DNA of 64,000 nt from Octopus sinensis (lineage: Eukaryota): assembly GCF_006345805.1 (NCBI RefSeq), contig NC_042999.1, positions 149,916,001-149,980,000 on the forward strand, given 5' to 3'. The notes beneath the pieces are model-generated. The model saw only the letters and a list, made by a program, of their open reading frames with translations, made no database searches and had not been told where the DNA came from. A program made the translations under genes and the position numbers. Below, one piece after another: positions 40,359-52,261 of the stretch. The first letter of the stretch is position 1. Every line of letters begins with the position of its first letter.

Positions 40359-40455
40359 CCAGATAGTTTTGGCTGACGAGCTACAAATGGATTTTTTTGT
40401 AAGTAAAATTACATTTAATTCATTAATAGCGAAACAATTGTCCCAAAATAATCTG
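40359..40455 (+). ncRNA. Type-I hammerhead ribozyme, copy 5 (+)
   Basis: Same motif; CTGACGA at 40373, GTC ends 40442. Confidence 0.88.
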
Positions 40456-40924
40456 TATTTTTGTTATTTTTTATTTGCCCTGTCCGTGTGAGCTAACAAT
40501 CGTACTGACTTTCATGGGAAACATGTATTTTCGTGGTTGAAACCTTTTGGATTAACTGGTGCTAGAGTGAGCCATATAGTGACCACTCTCTTATATTTAT
40601 TTTATATATATATATATATATATTTCGCGAAATTTGCTATGATGATTCGGTGTCTGACTGAAGATTGAAGGCTTCGAATGATTTGTCTGTGTTCCGTGTT
40701 TGTCCCTTCCTGTATTTCACGTTCTTTATGTATAAAACATTTATCCTTATATTATCGCGGCGTTACGTGCACCCCCCCCCCCCCCCCCCGTTTGTTTATA
40801 ATATATATATATATATATATAATATTTATATATATATCATTTCTTTTTTTTTAAGGCAGTGAATTGGCAGAGTCGTTAGCAAGCAGAGCAAAAGGCTTAG
40901 CAGCTATTTGTCCGTCTTTATGAA

Positions 40925-43900
40925 ATGCAAACAACCATGCATGTTCATGGCCACTTGGTCATCGGCCCCGGAAAACTCCAGGGATGACCACCATTGAATA
41001 CACTGGTGGCCGGCAAACACGATCAACTGCTCCTCTGTGTCCGCGATCGGAGCTCCGGATGTAGGTTCTTAATTGACACAGACGCATAAGTCAGCGTGAT
41101 CCCAGCGTCATCAAGGGACCTCCGTTACGGAAAACGAGGCCAACCTTTAACGGCCGCCAATGGCTCCGCAATCAAGGCGTAAGGTCGCTGCATCCTTTCT
41201 CTCAACGTCGGCTCACAAAAATACACACGAGCATTTACCATCGCCGATGTCCATCAGCCCATTATCGGGGCAGACTTTCTTCGAGCACACTTGCTATTGA
41301 TTGATTTGCAGTGGAGACGACTCATCAAGAGCAACATATACGCTTCCATGTCTCAGACAACATCTGCACAAGTTGCTCTCTGCATAGCAACCGTCTCTCA
41401 AACCAAGAACGAATTCTCGAATCCCCTTGCGAGTCGCCCGACAATCTCCAAACTTACAGCCCGCCACAGAGTGACCAACAACATCCCCACTACCGCCCCC
41501 TCCCCCAGTGCACAGCCGCGCACGTTGTCTATCACCAGACAAACTTGCTATCGCAAAGGCCGAATTTGACAATATGGAGGCGTTGGGCATTGTTCACCGA
41601 TCCAGCAGTCCATGTTCGGCACCCCTCCAGGTGGTACCAAAACCCAACGGAGGTTGTGACCTTGAGAAGATTACCGCCGTCTCAACGCAGACACGACACC
41701 CGACTGCTATCCCTATTACGTGCATACAGGACTTCTCAGCCCAGCTAGCCGGGTGCTCGGTTTTCTCGAAGGTCGACCTCATCTGAGGTTAGCGCCAAAT
41801 AACTTTACAAGACGACGATGCACCTAAAACCGCTGTGATAATTGCTTTCGGGCTGTATCAATTCCTACGTATACCCTTGGCCTGAAAAATGCAGCACAGT
41901 CCTTCCAACGCTTGATGCACACCGTGTGCAGGGGTTTTGTGTTTGTCTTTGCATATCCTTATCGCAAGCCAAAATGCGGAGCTATACAAGAAGTGCCAAG
42001 TGATTCTTTTTGATAGACTGGGACAGTATGGTCTAGTAATCAACCCTGCCATGTGTGTTTTTGGTATTACAGAAATCGATTTCCTGGGACATCGAATCAC
42101 AGGTGCTGGTGCTACATCCCTGCCAGAAAGGTGAAAGCACTGTCAAAAGATGGTTCAAAAAGACAGGTGGAGTGGGATGATGCAATGACCTCAGCCTTCA
42201 AATCCACAAAACAAGCCCTGGCTAAAGCAACCATGCTGTCCTATCCTCATATGTCAGCTTGGACTGCACCTACAGTCGATGCCTCCGACACAACCATTGG
42301 GGGTTTTTGGGATCAGAAATACAGTGCTTTTGACAGGGAACTGCTGGCTGTCCATCTAGGTGTCCGCCACTCTCGCTATTTTCTTGAAGTCCGCACGATT
42401 GCAATGTTCACAAACCACTCACCTTTGCTATGAGCAAGCTCTCAGAGCTTTGGTCTGCACGTCAGCAACGACAGCTATCGACCATTTCTGAGTACACCAC
42501 GGACATCTAACACATAACTGGAAAAGGCAACCCAGTCGCTGACGCACTCTCTCGTGACCTTACCTGCTCTCACACCTAACTAGCTCCAACATCAGAAGGC
42601 TTGGATTACGAGGCTATGGCTGCAGCCCAACAGACAGATGACGAGATCAGGATCTACCGCACTGTCATCACGTCACTTTCCTTGCAGGATGTGCACTTTG
42701 GCACCAACGGCACAACCCTACTGTGTGATGCATCCACTGGGAAGCCACGACCGATTGTCCCATTAGCCTGGCGCGGACTGTCCCACCTGGGTACTAGAGC
42801 CACACGGCGCCTGTTGTCAAGTAAACTTATCTGGCATGGTATGGCCTTGCAATTTGGGGAGTAGACTAAGACCTGCATTGCCTGTCAACAAGCCAAGGTC
42901 CATCAACACACCAAAGCACTCCTCGGCAACTATGAACTACCACAGGCCCGTTTCGGCATTACCAACATTGACCTTGTCTGCTCCCTACCACATTCACAGG
43001 TTTTCTCGTACCTACTGATCTTGGTAGACCACTACACTCGTTGGCCTGAGGCTATCCCTCTTCGCATCACGGAAACACAAGAAGTCAGCCGAGCCTTCAT
43101 GACAAACTGGGTTGCCCGTTTCGGTGTCCCAGACAGCATCTCATCCAACTCCAATTCAACTCCAAGCTGTGGAATGACAAGCGTGACCTTTTTGGAATCA
43201 CAATGAAGCGCACAACAGCCTACCATCCACAGACTAACGGGTTAGTGGAGAGATTTCACCGCCGCCTGAAACAATCGTTGACAACCAGACTTAATGGGCC
43301 CAATTGGATAGATCCATGGATGATGCTGGGAATCTGCACCGCCCGAAAGGAAAATTTCAACACTTCTTCCGCTGAAATGGTGTATGGTGCCCCTCTTACA
43401 GTGCCAGCAGAGTTCCTTCCGAACACAAAGTCAGACCCAGATGTCAAAAGGTATCTCACGCAACTGAGAGACAGTGTGTTCTAGTTGCTTCCTATTCCAT
43501 GTCCACACACAGTACACCTAAAACATCCGTACCAAATTACCTCCACACGGCTAAGTTTGTGTTCGTTCGACGTGACACACGACAAAAACCCCTCCAGTCC
43601 CCCTACGATGGCCCATATGAAGTCATATGTCCGGGAGACAAATCGTTCTAGCTCCTAATTGGTAGGCAAGACACAGTTTCCATCGATAGATTGAAACCGG
43701 TCCATCTCAATATTGACAACCCCGTCCAAGTAGCTCAACCACCAAACAGGGGTGCCCCAGGCAAATCACACCAGTCCTTGGCAAAGAACAGTCACCAAAG
43801 AGCCGAGTGACGACATGCACGGGTAGGGCAGTTAAAACGCCTTCCCGGTTCCAATGACAGTCAACAGTTCTGTGGAGGAGGTATATGTAGGGCACTGCCC

Positions 43901-44196
43901 AAGGATTTATAATGGACGAACTGTAGACAGGAACTTCGCTGCGGGCTAGCTAAGGAGCTGGTCTGCAGCGAAGTGGACTTCCTGTTAAGCGGACTTCCTG
44001 TTAAGCGGACTTCTACGAAACAGGAGTTGACTGGCGGCTGTCGTTCACATGTGTTTAATTTAAATAAATTTGTCATTTATACATTCTGGATCTCCGTTAA
44101 TTTTTTTGTGTATAGCTTAGCTAAAGCTATATTAGTCTCCAAACTCAAAACCCATTTGGGCTAAACACAACCCCCTCTTTCCAGTGACATCCTACA
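40925..44196 (+). mobile_element. Ty3/Gypsy LTR retrotransposon, degenerate and 5'-truncated (gag end, protease, RT, RNase H, integrase, PPT, 3' LTR)
   Basis: FLIDTDA..AANGS..PIIGADFL (protease); AKAEFDNMEALGIV..FSKVDL and IDFLGHRI (RT); VDASD..YSAFDRELLAV (RNase H); VDHYTRWPEAIP, TTAYHPQTNGLVERFHR (integrase). Many stops and frameshifts. Confidence 0.95.
43886..44196 (+). repeat. 3' LTR of the Gypsy element
   Basis: Follows PPT GGAGGAGG; terminal inverted TGTAGG...CCTACA; contains AATAAA. Confidence 0.85.
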
Positions 44197-44985
44197 CACA
44201 CCTTTTTTAAAAACATTTTAATTTTATTTTTAAAATATTAAAAAAACAAATTCATTTTAATTTTGAATTTTTATTTTTTATTTTCTATCCTTCATTTTCA
44301 CGTTATTTTTCAGTTTCTATCCATCACACACACAAATACCAATATACAAAGCTTGAATACCACCCCAATATAGACACATAGTGCACACACATATTGATTT
44401 GGCCTGACATGTGCAAATAGAACCAACACACACGTAAGATACACACATACGCGCAAACATGCATACATGCACATACACACACACACACACATATATGTAT
44501 ATATATATGTATATTAATAAATAAAACATATGCATATATATGTACATATATGTACGTACCTACCTCTATATGTATATATACACGCATATATGAATACAGG
44601 ACACCAAAAAAACGTCGAACACAATGAGAAACGAAAACATAGACACAAACACAAGGAACTGGACATTTTTCTTAAACAACAAAAAAGAGTACAGGACAAA
44701 TAACACAAGGGAAAAAAACCCTTCTTCAGTCGCCATGGTTTCATCTACTCTACGTATATATATATACACTCACACAAGCACTCATGCACACACACACACA
44801 CACACACACGCACACACACACACACACACACGCACACACACACATTCCCTCTCCGTCATACGCACACAGCCACACACAGCCATTCACACATCTTTCATCT
44901 CCTTCGACTAAGACAAACACCAGCTACTAACCTGCTCGTTGACTCATACGTACAAACACGCACACACGCACACACACACACACAC

Positions 44986-45053
<68 letters not shown>

Positions 45054-45259
45054 GACATTTTCACAATCTCTTGTCCCCCAAACCACTTTCCCTATCTCTT
45101 TCCACTTACAGTCACTTCAGCAATATACCTACACACCTGCTGTTGGCGATTTCTTTTCCTTCTTTGGACTTTTCCCTTCCTCCTTTCCAACCAAGAGCTA
45201 TGCTCGAAACGTCAAAAACACTCTCTTTTTTACTGAGCGTCAAACTAGTACATTCCTTG

Positions 45260-45620
45260 AGAGGCGGTTGGATGGAACCTACACTCGCCTCCTTATGAGA
45301 GCTCAAAATCTCTCGTGGAAGCGCCATCCAACCAAAATGCAAATATATGGGAAACTACCACCTGTGTCATCTCTTGTGAAAGGTAGGAGAGTCCAGTTTG
45401 CTGGACATTGTTGTAGAGCTGAAAAAGAAGTAATTTCTACTCTTCTCCTCTGGAAGCCATCTACTCGCAATACCAGAGGGCGCACACTCTCCTACCCTGA
45501 TGTAATCTCCAAGGATACAGGCATCCAGCAACAGGACCTCCGTAATGACATGATGGACCGTGAAGTCTGGCGTAGCATGGTAAATTCCATTGTCTCGACC
45601 ACGGTCGAACAATGATGATG
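45260..45620 (+). mobile_element. RTE-clade LINE 3' fragment with (TGA)n tail and TSD
   Basis: RRVQFAGHC.R..LLLWKP..RGR..MDREVWR; ACATTCCTTG at 45250-45259 and 45621-45630. Confidence 0.9.
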
Positions 45621-46164
45621 ACATTCCTTGTGAATACATTCCTTGTGCACGTCCTCTTGTCTGTTAATTTTATTATTCGTTTATATGAATTGACTCTATG
45701 CTTTTACACTTTTATTTGTTTCAGTCATTTGACTGCGGCCATGCTGGAGCACTGCTTTTAGTCGAAAAAATCGACCCCAAGACTTATTTTTTGTAAGCCG
45801 ACTACTTATTCTATCGGTCTCTTTTGTCGAACCGCTAAGTTACGGGAATGTAAACGCAGTATCGGTTGTCAAGTGTTGCTAGGGGGACAAACACAGACAC
45901 ACAAACAAACAAACATACATACATACATACATACATACATACATGTGTGTGTGTGTATACGACGGGCTTCTTTCAGTTTCCGTCTACTAGATCCACTCGC
46001 AAGGCTTTGGTCGACCCGAGGCTATAGTAGAAGACACTTGCCAAAGGTGCTACGCAGTGGGACTGAACTCGGAACCACGTGGTTGGTAAGCAAGCTATTT
46101 ACCACACAGCACTCCTGCGTCTCTCTCTCTCTCACTCTCACTCTCTCTCTCTCTCTCTCTATGT

Positions 46165-46227
<63 letters not shown>

Positions 46228-46872
46228 ATATATATAAAGCCATAAGGAAATGGTGGGGTTCAATAGGTGGTTCATTAACTTTTAGATATTATATTATGTC
46301 AACTTATTTATTTACTAAAATGACAATTACAAGAATATACATACATCTATAACATATTATGCTTTACATATAAAAATATATTAATATATAAAGATACCAG
46401 TAATTATTAAAATATAACATACAGGAATATAAATTGGGAAAATAACTTACAGCTGTTTCAGCCAAGAGGTAAAAATACCTCATGTTACCTTTATTCCTCC
46501 AGCAGACTGAAGTAATAAGTAGATGAAATTGAGGTACTTGGTTGTTACTTTATAAAGTACATAAGGTTACGTTATAAATAAAGCATAATATGTTATACAT
46601 GTATGTATATTCTTGTAATTGTCATTTTAGTAAATAAATAAGTTGACATAATATAATGTCTAAAAGTTGATGAACCACCTATTGATCCCCTCCATTTTCT
46701 TATGTAATTGTAAAATATCTCTTTACCTTCACCCATTTAGTACATTCGGTAATGTAATTGCAATGCAATAAAAAACACTTGTGTATTAATAATTTGGTAT
46801 TCTACCAGCAGTATATTGGGTAGATATTATCCCTTAGTTGGTTGGAATCATAACCTCTAACTTTCTTTGAAT

Positions 46873-46935
<63 letters not shown>

Positions 46936-46971
46936 GTATGTATGTATGTATGTATGCATGTATTGTGTATG

Positions 46972-47676
46972 TAGTGACTTCATTTAGGCATGGAGTAGAT
47001 TCAAACCTGAATCTGTCAATTTCCCTTAACATTGCAGTAGCATTTTTCTCACAGAAAAACAATAGTTGACAGGTGTTACATTCAACATATGGCTTTGCCA
47101 AGTCAATTTATGTATTTTCAGCTTAACACTTGACCTTTAATATGCCATCTAAAGTTGAAATTAAATAAGGGCGACCTGCATCGAACGAAGCTATTGTTAT
47201 CAACAATATGTATCCCTTTCTAGCTAGCCTGCATAATTATAAATACTAAAATTCCGTAAGGAAAAGTTAGTTGGTGAACAGAGACGACCGGAGACGGACA
47301 GAGACGGACAGCCACGGGAGGCTGACGGCGGAACAAACTTCCTTCTACTCTCTCACTTTCACAAGCTCATCTTTCTCTTCTGACAAACATCACTCTATCA
47401 CTAACTTTGGCTTACTACTACAACTGACAAGAACACATACACACTTATACAAGGGAAAATTAACTCTCAATTATATGCTACACAACTACCCGTCGAGGCA
47501 TGGCTTTACATTAAGTAGCGTAAATAAAATTAGGAGTTAACATCAACTTCTACCATTTTTCTTCTTACACATCTGCAACATCAACACCCGTTACATTTTG
47601 ATAACAATCCAAAACGAACTCTAACATTTACCCGTTACAATTGGTAACCTCCTCCGACTCCCAAAATTATACTGTT

Positions 47677-47744
<68 letters not shown>

Positions 47745-48100
47745 CTGAAAGTGAAAGAATGAATTAATGAGATTGAAAAACTAGTAATTTTATTGTGAAT
47801 CAGCACTGATTATACCAGATTATTGCCTGATAGTGCGTATTAGTGAAATGAAGCTTGATACGTCCATAGCTAACATACATAAATGTCGTTGTGTGGTAAA
47901 TACACACAACATGTAGGCATGTTTAACCAATTAATGAGGTATAAAGACTGAATAACTAGTAAATTTTGTTATTACTAACCCATTTAAAACCATTCTGCGG
48001 ACACAGCTTCTGGGTGATTCTGTCAATCGAAACTTGTTTTGAATACGTCCATTCAGATAAGCAGTTTTTACAGGTGCAAAATGGTATTTCAGCACTCACT
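46972..48100 (-). pseudogene. vWA-like pseudo-exons (~48100-47980 domain end; 47228-46972 next domain start)
   Basis: SIDRITQKLCPQ with a GTTAGT donor. Acceptor tttataattatgcag then RKGYILLITIASFDAGRPYL...AENT*IDLA...KNATAMLREIDRFRFES. Confidence 0.55.
47254..47678 (-). mobile_element. Possible solo LTR
   Basis: Minus strand begins TGTAAC next to (CA)n and ends ..CCTTACG (degenerate TTACA); ~425 bp, non-coding. Confidence 0.35.
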
Positions 48101-48137
48101 TCCATAACAAAACAACAACAACAACAACAACAATAAT

Positions 48138-48582
48138 AATCCTATGGGATTTTATGATTCAGTGCGACCATGAGATGGAGAACAGGAAACCAGACATAGT
48201 GTTAATTGAGAAAGAAAGCAAACTATGCTGGATAATAGATATAGCATGTCCAGCTGACAGCAAGGTATGCGATAAAGAAGAAAGAAAAGTCGACAGATAT
48301 AACAGGTTAGCTTGGGAGGTTAAGCAGTTGTGGTCGATGAAAAAGGTAGTAGTACCAATAATCGTCGGAGTCCTGAGAACAGTGAGTAAAAATCTTGAGA
48401 AGTACATGGAACAAATAGGGGCTGCAATAAGGGTGGAGCACTGGCAGAAAATAGTACTGCTTGGAACTGCTCGAATACTCCGGATGGTGCTCGAAAAATA
48501 AGGGGTGTCACCTTAGTCCACTAGTAGTGAACAGCTGGCACCGTAGTACATCTCCAGCGGTAGAAGCTGTGCAAAGACAACA
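48138..48582 (+). mobile_element. Dong/R4-type (RLE) LINE 3' fragment, family A
   Basis: RKPDIVLI..IIDIACP..VVPIIVGVL..LLGTARILRMVL* restriction-like endonuclease; follows (CAA)n(TAA)n. Confidence 0.9.
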
Positions 48583-49615
48583 GCAAATTCCGGAATTAGA
48601 CATAGTAGAAACAAGCGCAGAAAAAGCTAAGCGCATGAAAACCCGTGCTAAAACTGCGGCCTTAGATATTCTGACTGATAAAAGGCAAGAAAAACCTCTC
48701 AATGGCAAATACCCAAAGAGAGCGAATAATGCCGAGGTTGACAAAGCCCTTACTCATCAATGGCTAATGGCTTCTGGCTTAAAATCTAAAACAGAAGGGT
48801 TTATCATAGCAACCCAAAATCAATGCCTACCTACAATGAACTACCAGGCCAACATATTAAAGAACGGCAGCTTCCCAACGTGTCGTGTATGTCAACAACA
48901 AAATGAAACCATTGATCATGTTGTCTCCATGTACAGTCTTCTTGCGCCTACAGAGTATCTCAACAGGCATGATAGAGCTACACAATATATTCGCTGGGTT
49001 ATTTGCAAAAACCTGGGCGCGACATGTTAAAACTGGGGGGAACACAAACCACTTCCAGTGCTTGAGAATGATCACATGGATCCTCTGGAACTTCAACTGA
49101 CAGAAAGATAAATGCAAATAGGCCAGACATCATATTGAAAGACTTTTGGCAAAAATCATGCCTCCTCATTGATATGACTGTCCCAATCGATATAAACATA
49201 TCTGTCAAGACCTACCAAAAACTGTGCAAGTATAAAGATCTTGAAATAGAAATTAGTAAAATGTGGAACCTGAAGACTAAAACAATACCTGTTGTCATAA
49301 GTGCCCTGGGAAGGATAGGAAAAGGTGCTGATTGCTACCTAACTCAGATACCAGGAAACTCCAAAATGGCAGAAATTCAAAAGATAGTGCTCATGGGAAT
49401 TGCCCATATCCCAAGCAAAATACTTTCTATGTAATCTCAAGATTTAAAACAAACACATCATTTTCTTATGGTTTCTTAAACATTCTCTAGAACAACACTA
49501 TGTACAAAACCAAATATATGGCATCCTAGGCATAACACCAGCGTGAACTTCTAACTTGTCTCTTGAGGTCTCTGGGTGAGATTTGTACAAATGTAAAGCA
49601 AAAGTCAAACATAAA

Positions 49616-49670
<55 letters not shown>
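48583..49670 (+). mobile_element. Dong/R4-type LINE 3' fragment, family B, with (TAA)n tail
   Basis: CRVC..ETIDHVVS..RHD zinc knuckle, RPDI..LIDMTVP..KYKDLEIE endonuclease, 3' UTR then (AAT)n. Confidence 0.92.
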
Positions 49671-49671
<1 letters not shown>

Positions 49672-49672
<1 letters not shown>

Positions 49673-51138
49673 GTCCGCGCAGTACGGATATAAAATGTTT
49701 GATAAAAATATAAATCATCTCATTTACATGGATGATTTAAAGCTTTTTGCAAAAAATGACCAACAACACAAGGGCTTACTAGCGATTTTCAAACAATTCA
49801 GTGACGACATCAGAATGCAATTTGGCCTCGATAAATGTGCAAAAGCTACCTTTATCAAAGGAAAAATGACAGAAGCATCTAACGTTAACCTTGACCAGCA
49901 GAATGTCATAAAAGAATTAGACCCAGCGGAGAGCTACAAGTACCTAGGGGTAATTGAAGGGGACGGAATAAGGCATTCAGAGATGAAAGAAAGGATCAGG
50001 AGAGAATGTTATCGAAGAGTGAGAGCAATACTCAAGACAGAGCTGAATGCAAGAAACAGGATCGAAGCGATCAATGCATTAGCCATACCAGTCGTGACTT
50101 ACAGTTTCAATATCGTTAACTGGTCAATTACTGAAATATGTCAGCTTGACAGAAAAATACGAAAACTGTTGACAATGCATAGAATGCACCACCCTAAGGC
50201 AGATACAGAACGACTTTATCTGCCAAGAAAAGAGGGAGGCCGTGGTCTTTTACAACTGGCAATAACAATGAAGATTGCTACAATTGGCCTAGACACCTAC
50301 CTGAAAAAGTCTGAGGACTTGTCTCAAAACATGAAAACAAGAAAGCATCATACTCAGTAAAAAACAGGCAAAGGAATATCTAAGTGAATTCCGAATACAA
50401 CAAACTTCGGGATTAGAGATAGACATACAAGAAACATGCACAGAAAAAGCTAAGCACATGAAAACCCGTGCTAAAACTGCGACCTTAGATATTCTGAATG
50501 ATAAATGGCAAGAAAAACCTCTCTATGGCAAATACCCAAAGAGAGCGAAGAATGCAGATATTGACAAAGCCCTGACCCATCAATGGCTAATGGCCTCTGG
50601 CTTAAAATCTGAAACAGAAGGGTTTATCATAGCAGCTCAAGATCAATGCCTACCAACAAGAAACTACCAGGCCAACATACTAAAGAACGGCAGTAGCCCA
50701 ACATGTCGTGTATGTCGACAACAAAATGAAAACATTGATCATGTTGTCTCCAAGTGCAGTCTTCTTGCGCCTACAGAGTATCTCAACAGGCATGATAGAG
50801 CTGCACAATATACCTAACTCAGATACCATGAAACCCCAAAATGGCAGAAATTCAAAAGATAGTGCTCATGGGAACTGCTCATATTCTACGCAAAATACTC
50901 TCTATGTAATCTCAAGGTTTAAAACAAACAATTTTTTTTCTTTTTTAAAAATTTATTTATTAGACATTCACTAGTACAACACCAAAAAAAAAAAACCAAT
51001 TATATGGCACACAAGGCATAACAACAAAGTGAACTTCCAACCTGTTGTCTCTTGAGGTCTCTGGGTGAGACTTGGAGCCAACTTGTACAAACATAAAGCA
51101 AAAGTCAAACATAGAATAATAATAATAATAATAATAAT
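49672..51138 (+). mobile_element. Dong/R4-type LINE fragment, family B (RT to 3' UTR, internal deletion near 50811)
   Basis: NHLIYMDDLKLF..FGLDKC..YKYLG..LYLPRKEGGRGL RT domain; homologous to 48583-49434; (AAT)n tail. Confidence 0.93.
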
Positions 51139-51689
51139 AAATGCCCTGATGTAGTACCAGGCAGTGGCTCTCATGGCTTCTGATCTTAACTGATTGGAAG
51201 TGTTATCATGTACATTGTCTTGTCTTGGTATAAAAGATGGGCTACAGCAAATATTCTGCTCAATACCACAGATTTGTTTGTCAGTTGTTTGACCTTAACC
51301 AGTTGAGCATGTCCCTTAGTGGCTGATGATATGTACATCTCTGATCACGAGCAGAAGTAGTGGGGGAGCATCATAATCATGTGTTGAGAGGGATTCTTTG
51401 GGGTTTGAATAATTCACCTCTGGAAACATGGGTGTTTCGTTCAATATCCATAAACAACCCTTATTCAAGTACCTTTTGAGCGGGATGGGTTACTCGACCA
51501 GAAGAAAAACCTAACTGCCCCCCCCACCTGCAAGGTCATGTGCTGTTTATCTTGATATGAGATCACCATGTCGCGCACATATGGTTGTGATGCATGTACC
51601 CTTATCAGACGGGTAGTCATGATGGGTATACTGGGCTTCGTATATTTTACCCTAGTGTCCCTTTGATGGCATGCACTGCTCTCTCATTC

Positions 51690-51744
<55 letters not shown>

Positions 51745-51755
51745 TTAATAATAAT
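51139..51755 (+). mobile_element. ~550-bp non-coding element between (AAT)n tracts, probably Dong-mobilised and non-autonomous
   Basis: Its 3' end recurs at 27010-27090 and its 5' end at 27194-27312, each adjoining trinucleotide tracts. Confidence 0.65.
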
Positions 51756-51756
51756 G

Positions 51757-51870
51757 GAGAGAGAGAATGGAAGACCCGGATGATAATGGGTACAAGCACC
51801 TTGAGATCCTGGAGCTGGACAATATCTTACATAAAGAAATGAAAGACAAGGTTATCAGTGTAATATTTCA
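51757..51870 (+). mobile_element. Small Dong/R4 RT fragment
   Basis: DNGYKHLEILELDNILHKEMKDKV parallels YKYLGVIEGDGIRHSEMKERI near 49930. Confidence 0.6.
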
Positions 51871-52261
51871 AGTGCAGCAAGTAAAGAATTGACCAGCTTA
51901 AACCAACCACCTACTTTTGTAAAATAATGTTGACACATACAATTGCTAAGGGCCTAAATACTGGACTTTATAACTTTGACCATTACGTTGTCAGAGCAAA
52001 AAGATTCAATCCAATAATACCAACATTAACAAAAATTCTGTCACACCTTGTGCTTACCCAACAAAAGAGAAACACCTACCAGCTTGTTTACTTAGTTCTA
52101 CATGCATGAATAAATTCTAAACAATAGCACAACCCCAAATTTAATCATTTTTTCTTCAAAACACCTTTCCATAACAACCAACCATAAAAACTTAATTACC
52201 ACCCCACTCAAACCCACAAATATGAATTTTGCTCAACAGAGGCGATATAAAGGCAAGTCTA

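Larger units (their letters stand above)
37252..40602. repeat. Tandem/inverted array of ~536-bp hammerhead-ribozyme-containing non-coding units (Penelope pLTR / non-LTR retrozyme-like)
   Basis: Unit landmark AACGTCGGATG recurs at 38136, 38672, 39207, 39743, 40280 (period 535-537). 37252-38135 is the same unit reverse-complemented (~1.6 copies). Flanked by (TA)n on both sides; no ORF of 60 aa or more in the track. Confidence 0.93.

Noticed and set aside
40640-40735. CTGAAGA-containing repeat (also 31370-31460 and related 44590-44755) as a hammerhead
   Set aside because: No properly placed GAAA/UH core in these copies; at most PLE-related debris.
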